The notes beneath the pieces are model-generated. The model was not told the origin of the DNA, made no database searches, and saw only the letters and a program-made list of their open reading frames with translations. From Glaucostegus cemiculus (lineage: Eukaryota): a stretch of DNA of 64,000 nucleotides. The number at the start of each line of letters is the position of its first letter. The stretch's first letter is position 1. This document shows positions 11,945 through 25,703 of this stretch, in pieces. The stretch is from NCBI GenBank assembly GCA_976551045.1, contig CDPCPM010000744.1, positions 12,462,001 to 12,526,000 of the forward strand. Reading direction: 5' to 3'. The position numbers were made by a program, and so were the translations under genes.

Positions 11945-13080
11945 AGAGCAAATTCTGGAGGACCTCGGCGAGTCAGGCAGCATTAGTGGAGACGGAGGTA
12001 TATTTATGTTTCGGGCCTAGGTTCTGTATCAGGATTGCGATTGAAAATGAGAAACCGTCAGTGTAAAAAGGCGAGAGTGTGCGGTGCAACAGGGGCCGGT
12101 GAGTGATAGGTGGAACGAGGCGGTGCTTGGAGGGAGATAATGGGTAGATGGAGGCAGATGGGGAGGGGAAATATATTTTGTAACGGGGAGAGTGGAGCTG
12201 GGTGGAAAAGAGAGTGTGAAAAGGGTGAATCAAAAAATGAGGGAGGGGAACAACGGGGACACGGGTTACCGAAACCGGAAACTGCAATGTTCATAAAATT
12301 GGTTGTAGACTGCCCAGGCGCAATATGAGGCACTGCTATTCTAGTTTCCGTTTGGCCTCACCCTGCCAGAGGAGATGGCCGAGGACAGACTTGACGGCGT
12401 GTTAATAGAAAGGTTTGTTGAAATAATATGACACCGTGAGCTCCAGGTGACTGTTGCGGACAGAGTGAAGGTGTTCTGCAAAGCAGTCTCTGTGTCTACT
12501 CCTGGTCACGCTCATGTAGAGCAGGCGACATCGCGAGCACCGAATTCAGTACACAAGGTTTGAGACGGTGCTTGTGAGTGCCTTTCTCATCTAGATAGAC
12601 TGTTTAGGTCCGTGGATGGTTATGCGGGAGGTGGTGTCCGGACAGATGTTGCACCTCCTACCGTTGCAGCTGAAAGTTCCTGAGGTGGAGGAGGGGCGTG
12701 GGTGGGGGGATGAGCGAATAAGGGAGTCACGCAGAGAGTGATCTCTGCCAAGGCATAAAGTGGTGAGGAGGGGACGATGCAGCTTGGAGTGGGATCACGT
12801 AGCAAATGGCGGAACGGACGAAGAGTGATGTACCGGATGGGGAGGCTGGTGGGGTGAGTGGTGAGGACAGAGGTAACTGATCTCTGCGCTGCTTGGGAAT
12901 GGGAGACGTAAGAGCAGAAGTGCGCAATATGGAGGAGATGCGGGCGAGGGCTCCATCAATCACAAGATAGGGAAAGCCATGTTTCGTCAAAAGGGAGGAC
13001 ATTTCAGATCTCCAGGAGCAGAACTCCTCGTCTCAGGAACAGATGCGGCGGAATTGTAGAAACAGAGGGATGGCGCCCTC
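11945..13080 (-). mobile_element. Penelope-like element 3' fragment (RT C-terminus plus GIY-YIG endonuclease)
   Basis: Minus translation MSSLLTKHGFPYLVIDGALARISS and NLVY*IRCSRCRLLYMSVTRSRHRDCFAEHL (~12470-12560); degenerate hammerhead-like terminus near 12008-12033. Confidence 0.85.
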
Positions 13081-14649
13081 ATGAAAGAACGTCGAAGAGT
13101 GGGGAACATGAAATCATTTCCCCAGTCCATTCAATAATACTGTTGGCGTTGTGAAGTATCATCTTTCGATCGAAATCTTATTAAATGTTTCATCTGTTTG
13201 GCATCGACTTAATGCCGACGTATTATGTTCAGCCATGTGAAACACCCACTGTATCATGTCTGTTCAAGCATGGTCCACCCTTCAGCTTACTTCCACTCTC
13301 AGTTTCTGGTGGTCTGAGCCATCGCGGCTCCCCACCCTTCTCGTCAGTGCAGGTCCCTGTTTACCAGCGCAATGCGTTGAACAAACGCAGCGGCAAAATA
13401 GGGGTCTAACACACGTGACTCTTCATCCAAGTGGCTCCTGCAGACAGATCCTGGAAATTTCCACAGAGCTGATGCAACCCAATGGACATTGTCAGACTGG
13501 ATTTAAAGAGGTAGCATCCTGAGTGCCAGAAATGCCACCTCACAACTGGCACTCCGTGTACTCCAACAGGCAATCTCATAGTGAAAATGTTCCAATCAGT
13601 TCATAGAGTCACAAAGCAAGGAAACCTCGGCCAACCGAGTGCCCTCCCCTCCACAAGCACCTGTCCACTGTAAGAATTTTTTAATAATTATTATCCTCAT
13701 GCTTTGGAGTCATGCAGCCAGACAGATATACAGCACAACGAGACAAAGCCGAACAGGAGGCACACAATTCCACACTAATCCTTCCCTAACCTATTTTATT
13801 CTCCACACATTCCCATCACGTTCCCTCAGACCGTCGAGCTCACACCAAGATAATAAGGGCAATTTACATCGACCATTTCATTCACTAAGCCACACATTTC
13901 TGGCTTTGGGATGTAAACAGAGAACACGGGGGGAAACTGCGAGCTCACAGCGCGTCCTGAAAACTCCACGCTGGTATCACCTGAGGGCAGGATCGAACCC
14001 GCGGCGCAGAGCCTGTGAGGCATCGTCTCCCCTGGCCCGATCATGGAGCTCGCATTCTCCTTTTTCCTCTGCTCTCCGTTGGTTTATGTTAGGTATGGTC
14101 AGAAAAGCAATGCAGGGGTCGTTCATTTTCCTGGCGAACTGTCCCACTGACATTGTAAAGTTCAACGACCTACACCATTTTCTCACTGCTTTGAATTTTC
14201 TTACTCGTGTCTGCATTGGCTTCATATTTTCAAGATCCTCCACGGACGGGGAGTTGAGACAAACACACCAGTTGGTAAATGCAACTTGTTTGTTCAGCTT
14301 TGTTCTTCCCTTAGGGTATTAATCACAGAGGTCGCTCGCACGATGAACACATGCTGATTGCAATTTCAACGTTGAACTCCCGATGCAAAAATACTATCCT
14401 TGGCCAAGTATCTGCTCAAACTTCATCCCCAGAAATCCTTATTCCGTGCCCAGTGGCATAAATGGTATGAGAATGTAATGCAGCCGAGTCCAGTGAAGAA
14501 GATGCCAGACCAAAATAGCCACAGTACACACAACAGTGACGTTAAAGTCCTTTTAATTTCGGACTGGTTAATTTATAAATGAATGACAACTTACACGAAT
14601 TCTAAGGGGCTGAAAATTTGTAAAACATGTCATAAATCGTTCCGTCGTC

Positions 14650-15545
14650 TCACTGAAATGATTTAATGGCCAAAGTCAGGGGATATTTCAGTCCGTTCTT
14701 CAGTTCCTCTCTGAACTTGCTCTGGGTCACTGCACAAATGAAAGTGTTGGTGCAGCAGCCCAGCAGCTGCAACATTAGTCCGATTTCTGGAACAAACGTG
14801 GGCAAGGGAACGGGGTAGCCCAGATAATCCAGTCGCCGCAATATCGAGCAAACCACGAACACCACCCATAAGATGATGAAATTGCCCGATATTACGAAGA
14901 GTAGCACCATAGACGTTCTTCGATTTTCCATTTCTTGGTCACAGGAAGCCGCCCCTGTGTTGCCCCTCTGCAATCTAATGCGGGCTCTGCTGGCCACAAG
15001 AATGTGCCTGACCGTCAATGCATTGAGCAAGAGGATCAGGCAAAAGGGGACAAATGGGGTGAGAATGTAATGCGCTAATTCAACCAGGGTCCAGGCCAGC
15101 GAACGGGATACAGCAAATGACACGCGACAAAACCAGGGATTGTTCAATAACCAATACTGACCAGTATACAGGAAATACAGGAAGATATTCTTCAGACAGC
15201 TCACCAGTGTCACTGTTCCCAGAACAACATCTGCCGTTCTTACGGTGCAATACTTTAATTTCAGTTTCTGACAACAGATGACCACAAATCGATCGAAGGT
15301 GAAAGTGACTGTGAACCAGACCGAACAGTCTGTGGCTGCATAAAGCAGGATGGCGTGGATATTGCAGATAGGAATCAGTCTAACAACATTAAACTGGGTG
15401 CGATAAACAATGGGAATCTGTCTTAATATCAGATCTATAATCACGACCAGTAGGTCCGCTGCTGCGATAGCGACCAGTTAACGAGTGACACACTTGGAAA
15501 GTCCACATCTTCCCCGACACAGGATCACAATCGTCACCACATTGT
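14650..15545 (-). pseudogene. GPR139/GPR142-like GPCR pseudogene, exon 2 (end of TM1 to TM7); one premature TAA at 15480-15478
   Basis: Acceptor ttcccctgttctttgttctgctgagaacAG, phase 1. Reads NVVTIVILCRGRCGLSKCVTR*LVAIAAADLL…DCSVWFTVTFTFDRFVVICCQKLK…LLGCCTNTFICAVTQSKFREEL; the frame is otherwise open. Confidence 0.92.
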
Positions 15546-15609
15546 CTGTTCTCAGCAGAACAAAGAACAGGGGAAAATGATCAAACAATGGTCACAAAAA
15601 TACCAGATT

Positions 15610-18400
15610 CTACCAAGACAATATGCGTAAGAGAACTGCACCTTAATGCCCGTAGTGTTCAAAAGAATGTCGGTGAACTCCTGGTGCAAATCAGTACAGA
15701 TAGGTATGATTTAATGGCCATTACAGAAACTTTGTTGCAGGGTGGAGATGAGTGGGAATTAAATATCCAAGGGTATCAGGGAAAACGGAAGAATAGACAC
15801 GAAGGTAAGGGCGGTGCATGCGATCAGGACGATAGTGAGAGATGATATGAGAAGCGGAGTTTTTGGTCCATCTGGTAGACATTAGCAATAGTAAAGGGAA
15901 AACAATCACTGGTTGTTGTTACCCACAAATCGCCGAATAATAACATTAGTGGCACAGGCAATAAACTAAGAAATATTTGATGCAAATATTTGAATGGGAG
16001 AATCAAATCGGTCGAGGCACTCTTGTGGAGTAATTCATGGTATGCATCCCTGATAGCTTTCTAGAACAGCATGTTAGTCAACCTGCAAGGGAAAACGTTG
16101 TCTTCGATCTGGTGCTCTGCAATGAAGCAGGTAAAGTTAACGATCTCCTCTTTAGGGATCCTTTTGTATAGTGATCCAAGTATGGTTGAATTTCTCATAC
16201 AAAAGGAGGGTGCAATAGTTAGATCCAAATCCAGTGCTGTGCCGAAACAAGGGAGACTACAACGGGATGAGAGAGGAGTTGGCGATGGTAGACTGGAAAC
16301 ATGGACTACATTGTGTGACAGTGGAGGTCTTTCAAATAAATTTTCCACAGTGCCCAATAAAAGTATATTCCAGTTAAAAGCAAGAACAGTAATGGTGGGG
16401 AGAACAGGCCTTGCAAAGCTAAGGAACTAAAAGAATGTTAGAAGCTAAAAGCTCATGCACATAAAGTCGCCAAATGTAGTGGAAATTGGAAGATTGTGAA
16501 AACTTTAAAAAGCAACAAAGAATCACCAAGCAAGCAATAAGGAAAGGGAAGATCGATTATGAAAGCAAACTCGGAGAAACTCTGAAAACGGATAGTGAAT
16601 GTTTTTATTATATTACAGAGCGAAAAGTTTGACTAACGTGAACGTAGTTCACTTGAAAGATAAGAAAGGGGCATTAATATTGAATAATGTGGAAATGGTC
16701 AAGGCCTTGCACGAATATTTTGTCAGTCTTCACGGTGGAGGACACATCTAACATGGTAAGGAGAAATGTTATGGACGCGATGGGGGGTGAGGACCTCGAT
16801 ACATTCTGTCACTAACGAGGTAGTGATGAGCAGTCTAATCGGTCTAAAAATAGACAAGTTCCCTGGTCCCGATGTGATGTATTCCAGGGTACTGAAAGAA
16901 ATGCGGAAGTTGCAGTAGAGGCGTTTATCATAGTTTACCAGAGTCTCTGGATTCTGGACAGCTCCCGGCAGATTGGAAGACAGCGATTGTCAGGCCATTG
17001 TTTCGAAAAGGATGTTGACTAAAGGCAGCAACTGTAGACCAGTCAGCTTAATGTCTGTAGTCAGGAAAATCATTAAATATATTATAAAGGAAGAAATAAA
17101 GGGAAATATGGATATAATTGGGTTCGTTGAGCAGATGCAGCATGAATTCTGGAAAAGCAGGTCCTGTTTGAGAAACTTACTGGAGTTCTTTGAAGATATA
17201 ATCAGTGTAATGGATAAGGGGGTGGAACAGGTGGATTTTGTATACTTACCTTTCCAGAAGGAATTCAGTAAGGTGCAGCATAGAAGACTTGTCAATAAGA
17301 TAAGGATACATGGAGTTGGGTTTAATATGGACGGAGGATTGGTTAACCAATGAAAGGTAGAGTTGCGATAAACGTGTGTTTCTCCAGTTGGCAATCAGAG
17401 GTGAGCCGAGGGCAATATGGTCGGGGCTGGGCCCGCAATACACAATATACATTAAAAGTTTTGAAAAAGGGACCGAGTGTTGTCTGCCAAATTTTCTGAT
17501 GAAACTAAATTGAGTTGAATAGCAAATAGTGCAGAGGATGCGGAGAGTCCACAGAGAGGTATAGTTAGCTTAAGTGACAGGGCAAGGGTCTGCCAGATGG
17601 AGGACAATGTTGGTTAATGCGAGGTCATCCACTTTGGAAGGTAAAATAGAGGATTACATCATTTAAATGATGAAAGATTGCAGCATGCTATTGTGCAGAT
17701 GGACTTGGGAGTGCTTGTACATGAATCGCAAAAGGTTTGTTTGCAGGTGAAACAAGTTTTCAAGAAAGCAAATTGAGTGTTGATCTTCATTGCTAGAGGG
17801 ATTTAATTTAAGAGCAGTAAGGTTATCCCGCAACTGTACAGGGTGCAAGGGGGGCTGCACCTGAATACCGCATGCTGTTCTGTTCTCCGTATTTGAGGAA
17901 AGATATACTGGCTTTGGAGGTGTTGCTGAGCAGATTCATCAAGTTGATTCTGGAGATAAGGGGTTTGTCCTATGAGGAATGATTGAGCTGCCTCGTATTA
18001 TACTCGCTGGAATTCGGAAGAATGAGAAGGATTCCTACAGAAACGTATAAAATAAAGAAAGGGAGAGATAAGAGAGTCGGGAGGGTGGTTTCCAATGGTA
18101 GGTGAGACAAGAACTCGGAAACATAGCCTCAAGATTCGGGGAAATATATTTAGGACGGAACTGAGGAGAACCTGCTTTTCACAGATGGTGAATCTGTGGA
18201 ATTCTCCATCCAGCCAAGCAGTAGAGTCCATGCTATTAAATGTATTTAATTTAGATAGGTTTCTGCATTGCCGGGGAATTAAGGGTTATGAGAGAAAGAC
18301 AAGTCGGTGGATCAGAGTCCACAGACAGATCAGCCATGATGTTGATTAGCAGAGCAGGTTCGACGGGCCAGCTGGGCTCATTCTCTTATTTCTTGTGCTC
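15610..18400 (+). mobile_element. Degraded CR1 LINE ORF2 (endonuclease plus RT) in the GPCR intron
   Basis: LNARS…DLMAITET, RPVSLMSVVRKI, RSCLRNLLEFFE, TRTRKHSLKIRG; many stops and frameshifts. Confidence 0.92.
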
Positions 18401-20974
18401 TTGGACAACACAATTCGGCCCTTCTACCCAGCATGTACGTCAAGTACCCATCTCTACGCAGCGCATTTACCAGCACTTAGTCCGTGGTATTCTATATCTT
18501 GGCGATTCTATTACTCACCCAGATGCCTCTTGAAAGTTGTGAGAATCTCTGTATCCACATCCCGTCAAGCACTGTGTTCATATTCAAAGCACCATCTCAG
18601 TGAAAAAATATCCTTCCGATCTCCTCTAAAGCTCTTACTCCTCACCTAAAACCCATGTCCGCCAGACTTGGAAGGCCACAGGCTGGGGAAAGATTTCTTT
18701 CTGTCTCAACCGTCTGTGCCTGCCATAATGTCACACATTATCGTCAGGTTCCTTCAGTCTCACCTGAGATTCTGTAGGACTCCCTCTCATTCTTCAGAAT
18801 GAGAGTTAGTTCCCTCATTCTGGTAAACAAACCCAGACTACATGTGATTCTGGAATCTGCCATCTTAATCTCCAATTCTGATGAAGGAACTCGGTCCAAA
18901 ACCTCGACTGTTCATTTCCCTCCATAGATGCTGCCTGACCTGCTGAGTTCCTCCAAAATATTGTGTGCGTTGTCCAGACTGTCCAGTCTCCCTTCATAAC
19001 TGAAACGCCCGTCCCCTGCCCCCGGCGACATCCTGCTGAATCTCTTCTGCGCCTTTTCTAATGCAATCACCTTCTTGCTATCGTGTGGCGACCAGACATC
19101 CACACAGTTTTCCAACTCTCTCCAAACCTATGCTTATAACAGGCGAACATGACCTTCTGCATTTATGTTCTCTGCCCTGGCTAATGAAGGCAAGCATTCA
19201 GAACGCAGGTTCTCCCCTCTATAGACATGTCTTTATCATGTAAATTCTTTGCAATAGACAACAGAATGGCTTCTGAACTCCATGTAATTCCTTGCTGGAT
19301 TACGTTTTCATGAAATAATCATTCTCAGGTTATACGTTTGGTGAAGGTAATGTTTGCACGTTACATTTCAAAGTTCGCAAATTAGGCTCTTTGTTTGCAA
19401 AACGACAGCAATAAGAATTACTTTAAAAATGGAAGGATGTTAATGTTCCCAAAGTAAAATAGAATTGTAAATAACATGGCCGTGGACTGCTTGACTGTTA
19501 TCGCGTGATCCTGATTTGCGAATTTTGGGTGACCACGGAGTTTCTGTCAAAGGACGAAAGAAAGCGTGTGACTGCCAGCAAAGAGGCACCAACATCTATG
19601 CCGACGGTCAAAATGTCAAGTAACTTTCCGTTCAAGGACGAATTCCAAACTTAATGAAAAACAATGAATGGGTGGCAATATTTTAAACTGTATTAAGAAC
19701 TTTAAGTGATTTAAGCAGTAAAAACTCAAGTAATTCAAAATAATAAAGCAAACTCAAGTGACTAAAATAATATTTTCCCTATTTTCCCTTACAACTACCT
19801 TTCACCATTCATGAGTATGAGTTTGTTTTCAAATATTCGGAAAATGTTAACTGCTGGTACGTTTTAGTGCCACGGAATACAGCGGGACTACAGATGCATC
19901 TTTGGGGCGTTAGACGTCAAAGTCCAGCTGCGGACCACTGTCGGATAGGTTTCAGATTTTGGAATTGTGCAGTCCCCCCACACCAGAGACCATGAGATAT
20001 AGGAACAGAAACAGGCCATTCTGTCCATAGTCTGCTCCACCATTCAATCATGGTTGATTTTGTTAGCCCATTCCCCCGCTGTCTTCCTGCAACCCTTAAC
20101 CCCATTGCCAATGAAGAACCTCTCTCTCTGCCTTAAGTAAATCCAATAACCTGGCCTCCACAGCCCTCTGTGGCAACGAATTATGCCGATTCATCAATCT
20201 CTGGTTGACGAAATTCCTGCTCATCTCTGGTGCAATGGGACGTCCCTATATTCTGCGTCTGTGCCCTCTGATCCTAGATCTTAAAGGAACCAATTCAGGT
20301 TCCTTGCGTTTTCATGCTTCCAGCTCCGTCATAATTTAATCGTATTCCAGTGGCACCAGTTCAATATTTGCAATTCATATAATGGATCAAACACAACTTT
20401 GTGTGTGCATATCGCCTCAATCTTATAAGCTTACAATGTATCACCATCAGAATCCATGTAGAGAAGTCCAGTTCTCAGACACGGGTCGACGTGATCAATT
20501 CAAATAATTGCCGGAAATAACCAGATGAAAATAAGGCGCCACGCGGGCAGCTTAAAACGCAGAGAGAAGCCTTCGGACGCCATTACTCTGACCTCGGAGG
20601 ACTTCGGAGGACTTCAGAAACTGCTAAGTATTTTTCTCTATTTTTTTATTAAAGTGTAAGTGTAGAGTAAGATTTTTAACAAGGGTGTAAGATACTAGTG
20701 TTAGATAGTATTTAGGAGTTATTTTTAGTAGGGTTATATACGCTTTAAGGGGTTGAGTGAGGGCTGGACTGCGCAGGCGCCACGCGGGCAGCTTAAAAAG
20801 CAACCAGCTTCTCGAGCGGGCAGCGGAGTGAAGGGGGAGCAGAGTGTTCGGGCTTTGGCACAAGGGACTTTGGCTTGAATGGGCGAGGCAGGGGAGTTAC
20901 TGGTAAGTAAAGGTAAGGCTTACCTGTTTAAGTTACTTAGTTGGACAAACCAGGTTTAAGGGGAACTAGTTAAG

Positions 20975-21936
20975 ATGGAGGGCATGGTGCCGTGCTGCAG
21001 CTGCTTGATGTGGGAGAACGTGGACCCCGTTGAGGTTCACGTTGACCACTTCTGCAGTAAGTGTGTGAGGCTGGAGGAACTTCGGCTCAAAATTGATGAG
21101 CTAGAGTCACAGCTTCAAACATTGCAGAGCATCAGGGAGGGAGAGAGTTATGTAGATGCGGCACATCAGGAGACGGTTACCCCACTTAGAGCAGATACTT
21201 CAGGAGGCCAGGTAGTAGATAGCTGGGTGACTGTCAGGGGAGGGAAAAGGAAGGGGGAAACAAATAGGCAGACAGTGCAGAGAACCCCGGAGGCTGTTCC
21301 CCTCAAAAGCAGGTTTTCAACTTTGGAAACTGTGGAGGGGGACAGCCTGCAGGGACCAAGCACTAGTACCTAGGTCACTGGCACTAGGACCAGTACTACT
21401 GCTCAGATGGGGAAGAAGGCAAAGAGAAATGCAGTGGTGATAGGGCACTCGATAGTCAGGGAAACAGATAGGAGATTCTGTGGAAGTGAACATGAATCCC
21501 GGATGGTATGTTGCCTCCCAGGTGCCAGGGTCCAGGATATTACTGATCGGGTTCACAGGATTCTCGAGCGGGAGGGAGAGCAGCCAGAAGTCATGGTTCA
21601 TGTTGGTACCAATGACATAGGTAGAAAGAGGGATGAGGTCCTGCAAAGGGAGTTTATGGAGCTCGGCAGAAAGCTGAAGACCAGGACCTCAAGGGTAGTA
21701 ATCTCAGGATTACTACCGGTGCCACGTGATAGGAAAGGTAGGAACAAGGCGAGGTGGCAATTAAATACGTGGCTGAGAAAGTGGTGCAGGGTAGAAGGTT
21801 TTAGATTTTTGGATAACTGGGACCTCTTCTGGGGAAGGTGGGACCTGTACAGAGAGGACGAGTTACACTCCAACCAGAGGGTGCAGATATCCTTGCAGCA
21901 CGGTATGCTTGGTTGGTTCATGAGAATTTAAACTAG
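20975..21936 (+). pseudogene. CR1 ORF1 (Cys-rich zinc finger/leucine zipper plus SGNH esterase), one nonsense codon and a late frameshift
   Basis: CCSCLMW…CSKCVRLEELRLKIDELE; TAG 21371-21373 then same frame VVIGHSIVR, VHVGTND, DELH. Confidence 0.9.
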
Positions 21937-22012
21937 TTGGTGAGGGGGATGGGAACCAGGAGGGCAGGTCAGAGGATTAGGGGTTACAGAAAAGGCAGAC
22001 CTAACAGACAGA

Positions 22013-25000
22013 GTGTCTCTGAGGAAGGAGAAGCAGAGTACAGGCCATAATAGTAAAAAGGTGTATAAATTAATCAGGCAAGACGAGGGAAACCAGCTTA
22101 GATTAAAGGAGGAGGTATGCGGGAACAAGTCGACGTGCAGTGAAGATGGTAAGAAGGACAGGCGGGTGGAAGGTAAGGATAATTTAGAGATCAATAGAAG
22201 TTCATCAATATCTGTAGTTGATGCTGTTCTAAAAGTACTGTATTTTAATGCACGTAGCATTAGGAATAAGGTCGATGACACAGTGGCACAGCTACAAGCT
22301 AAAAAACATGATATCGTGGCAATCACCGAATCATGGCTTACTGACGGATGTGATTGGGAACTGAACATCCAAGGGTATACGGTGTGTAAGAAGGATAGGA
22401 GGGTAGGCAGAGGGTGTGGTGTAGCCCTGATGGTCAGTAATAATATAAAATCGATAGAAAGGAAGGACATAGGGGTGGAAGAAGTGGAATCCTTATGGGT
22501 GGAGTTAAGAAACAGCAAGGGTAAAAGGATGCTAATTGCAGTTATATATAGACCCCCTAACAGCAGCCGGGAGGAGGACTATAGGATACAGTTAGAAATA
22601 GAAAAGGCGTGTCAAAAGGGCAATGTGAAGATAATTATGGGGGACTTCAACCTGAAGGTAGATTGGGAAAATCAGCGAGGAGGTGGATCGCAAGAAACTG
22701 AGTTTGTAGAATGTCTACAGGATGGCTTTTTGGAGCAACTTGTAGATGAACCCACCAGGGTTCAGCCATTTTGGATTGGGTACTGTGCAATGAACCAGAG
22801 CTGATTATGGAGCTAAAAGTAATGGAACCATTAGGAACCAGTGATCACAATATGATTGAGTTTGGAGTCAAAGTTGAAAAGGAGAGACTCATAACTTGTG
22901 CACATATATGGCAATGGAACAAGGGAAACTACAGCAGTATGAGAGAGGAACTGTCTCAAATCGATTGGAAGATTAAGCTAGCAGGTGGGACGGTGGAGCA
23001 GAAATGGATAGAGTTTTTACAAGAAATAAGGAAGGTGCAGGATTGGTATGTTCCAAGAAAAAAGAAAGCTCTGAATGGAAAAAAGGCACATATATGGGTA
23101 ACGAGAGAGGTTAAGGCTAAGATAAGAGCAAAAGGGATGGCCTACAAGGTAGCAAAAATAAGTGGGGAAACTGAGGATTGGGAAACATTTAAAAACCTGC
23201 AGAAAGAAGCTAAGAAGGTCATTAGGAAAGAAAAGATGAATTACGAAAGGAAATTGGCAGATAACATTCAAACAGATACTAAAAGTTTTTTTAAAAATAT
23301 ATGAGGTGTAAAAGAGAGACACGGGTTGATATAGGACCAATTGAAAATGGTGTGGGAGAGATTATAATAGAAGATACAGAGATGGCAGAGGAACTAAATA
23401 AGTATTTTGCATTGGTCTTCACTGTGGAAGATACCAGCAATATACCAGATAGACAGGGGTTCCAGGGGATTGAACTGAGTACAGTTGAGATTACTAGGGA
23501 GAAGGTGCTAAGGAAGCTAAGTGGATTAAAGACAGATAAGTCACCCGGACCGGATGAGGTGCACCCTCGGTTTCTGAAGGAGGTGGCTTCAGAGATTGTA
23601 GAGGCATTAGTGATTATTTTCCAGGAGTCAGTGGACTCCGGCATGGTTCCGCAGGACTGGAGAGTAGCGAATGTAGTTCCACTGTATAAGAAAGGTGGGA
23701 GGCAGCATAAAGGTAATTACAGACCAATTAGTTTGACGTCAGTAGTGGGAAAGATACTGGAATCGATCCTCAGGGATGAGGTTACGGAATACCTGGTGTT
23801 TCAAGACAGGATAGGTCCAAGCCAGCATGGTTTCATAAAGGGAAGATCTTGCCTGACCAACCTATTGGAGTTTTTTGAGGAAATCTCAGGTAGGGTGGAT
23901 AAGGGAGAGGCAGTGGATGTTGTGTATTTAGACTTTCAAAAGGCCTTCGACAAGGTGCCGCATCAGAGGTTGATTAATAAGATGAGTACGCATGGAAATA
24001 CAGGAAGGATATTAAAATGGGTCGAGCATTGGCTGGTAGGCTGAAAGCAACGGGTAGGAATAAAAGGATCCTGTTCTGGATGGCGACCGGTTACTAGTGG
24101 TGTCCCGCAAGGGTCGGTGTTGGGCCCGCTACTTTTCACTTTATATATTAATGATTTGGATGATGGAGTAAATGGTTTTGTAGCTAAGTTTGTGGATGAC
24201 ACCAAGATTGGCGGTGGATCAGGGAGTATAGAAGAGGCAGGAAGGCTGCAGAGAGACTTGGATAGGTTAGGTGAATGGGCAAAGAAATGGCAGATGAAAT
24301 TCAATGTTGACAAATGTGCTGTAGTGCACTTTGGCAAAAGAAATGAACGGGCAGATTATTATCTAGATGGGGAGAAAATTGGAAGTACGGAAGTACAAAG
24401 GGACTTGGGGGTACTCGTGCAGGACACCCTAAAAGTCAACCACCAGGTCGGATCGGCGATAAAGAAAGCGAATGCTATGTTGGCGTTCATTTCGCGAGGT
24501 ATAGTGTATAGAAGTAGGGAAGTGATGATGAGGCTCTATGGAGCACTGGTACGTCCTCATTTGGAATACTGTGTGCTGTTTTGGGCCCCACGCCTTAGAA
24601 GGGATGTGCTGATGTTGGAGAGGGTTCAGAGGAGGTTTACAAGGATGATTCCCGGTATGAAAGGGCTTACCTATGATGAGCGTTTATCGGCTCTTGGACT
24701 GTGCTCATTGGAGTACAGAAGAATGAGGGGGGACCTCATAGAACTGTTTAGGATGTTGAAAGGAATGGATAGAGTAGACTTGGATAGGCTGTTTCCCTTG
24801 GTTGGTGAGTCCAAGACTAGAGGGCACAGACTTAGAATCAGAGGGAATCAGTTTAAAACAGAGATGAGGAGAAATTACTTTAGTCAGAGGGTGGTGGAAT
24901 TGTGGAATTCTCTGCCACATACAACTGTAGAGGCTCAGTCAGTGGGGGCATTTAAAGGGGAGTTGGATAGGTACCTAATTAATCAAGGTATCAAGGGATA

Positions 25001-25028
25001 TGGGGATAAGGCTGGAAATTGGAGATAG
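22013..25028 (+). pseudogene. CR1 ORF2 (APE endonuclease plus reverse transcriptase), two frameshifts and one stop
   Basis: YFNARS, AITESWL, GDFN, SDH; NYRPISLTS, LDFQKAFDKV, GVPQGSVLGP, FVDD. Frameshifts near 22760 and 23300; TGA at 24042-24044. Confidence 0.95.
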
Positions 25029-25703
25029 ATATGTTATTTTTTCTCTTCTCATGGAGCAGACTCGAAGGGCTGAATGGCCTACTTCTGCTCCCTTGTCTTG
25101 TGATCTTGTGAACATGAAAACAACAAGCGGCAGCTGAAACGCCTATTTATGACATTAACCAATGCCCTCTGGAACAAAGGAGATACCAAGCGAGTTATTT
25201 GACAAAGATTCACATCGTCACATTGGTCTGACGAAACGTCTGCGACCTGAAACATAACTGTCGCTCTGTCTACTGATGCCATGACCTATTGAGTGTTTTC
25301 ATGATTTTCTTTTTTACATCTGCCTTTTAGTCTCAAAATATTCAATGTCCTGAACAAATATCATGCAATCAGTATTTAGAGCAGAGGGAACCCGATAAAC
25401 GATAAGATCCCGTAACAGTTACACTAACACTGGAGACAGGAGGGAGATGAGGAGGTAGATGGAAACGGTAAATGATATCTGGAGTGGGATGCGGAGAAGG
25501 AGAGAACGAGGAGATGAGGGAAATGATAGGGGGAGAGGAACAGAGGACGGAGTGCGAAAAAGAGGGAAAAAGCTTCATATTTTCTTGTAAATATAATGCA
25601 TATGACATTGCAAAACACATATTCTTGAGGTATATTCACAGTTTCAGAATCACTTTCCGTTAACGTCAAAGAACTGAGGTGCCAGCTGGAGAGAGTGACT
25701 TAC

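Larger units (their letters stand above)
20535..25111 (+). mobile_element. Full-length CR1 LINE (~4.6 kb), antisense within the GPCR pseudogene intron
   Basis: 5' UTR, ORF1, ORF2 and (TCTTGTGA)2 tail; imperfect TSD AGATGAAAATAA (20523-20534) / ACATGAAAACAA (25112-25123). Confidence 0.95.

Noticed and set aside
13639-14322. 227-aa plus-strand ORF
   Set aside because: Overlaps a degraded SINE; no coding signature or motif.
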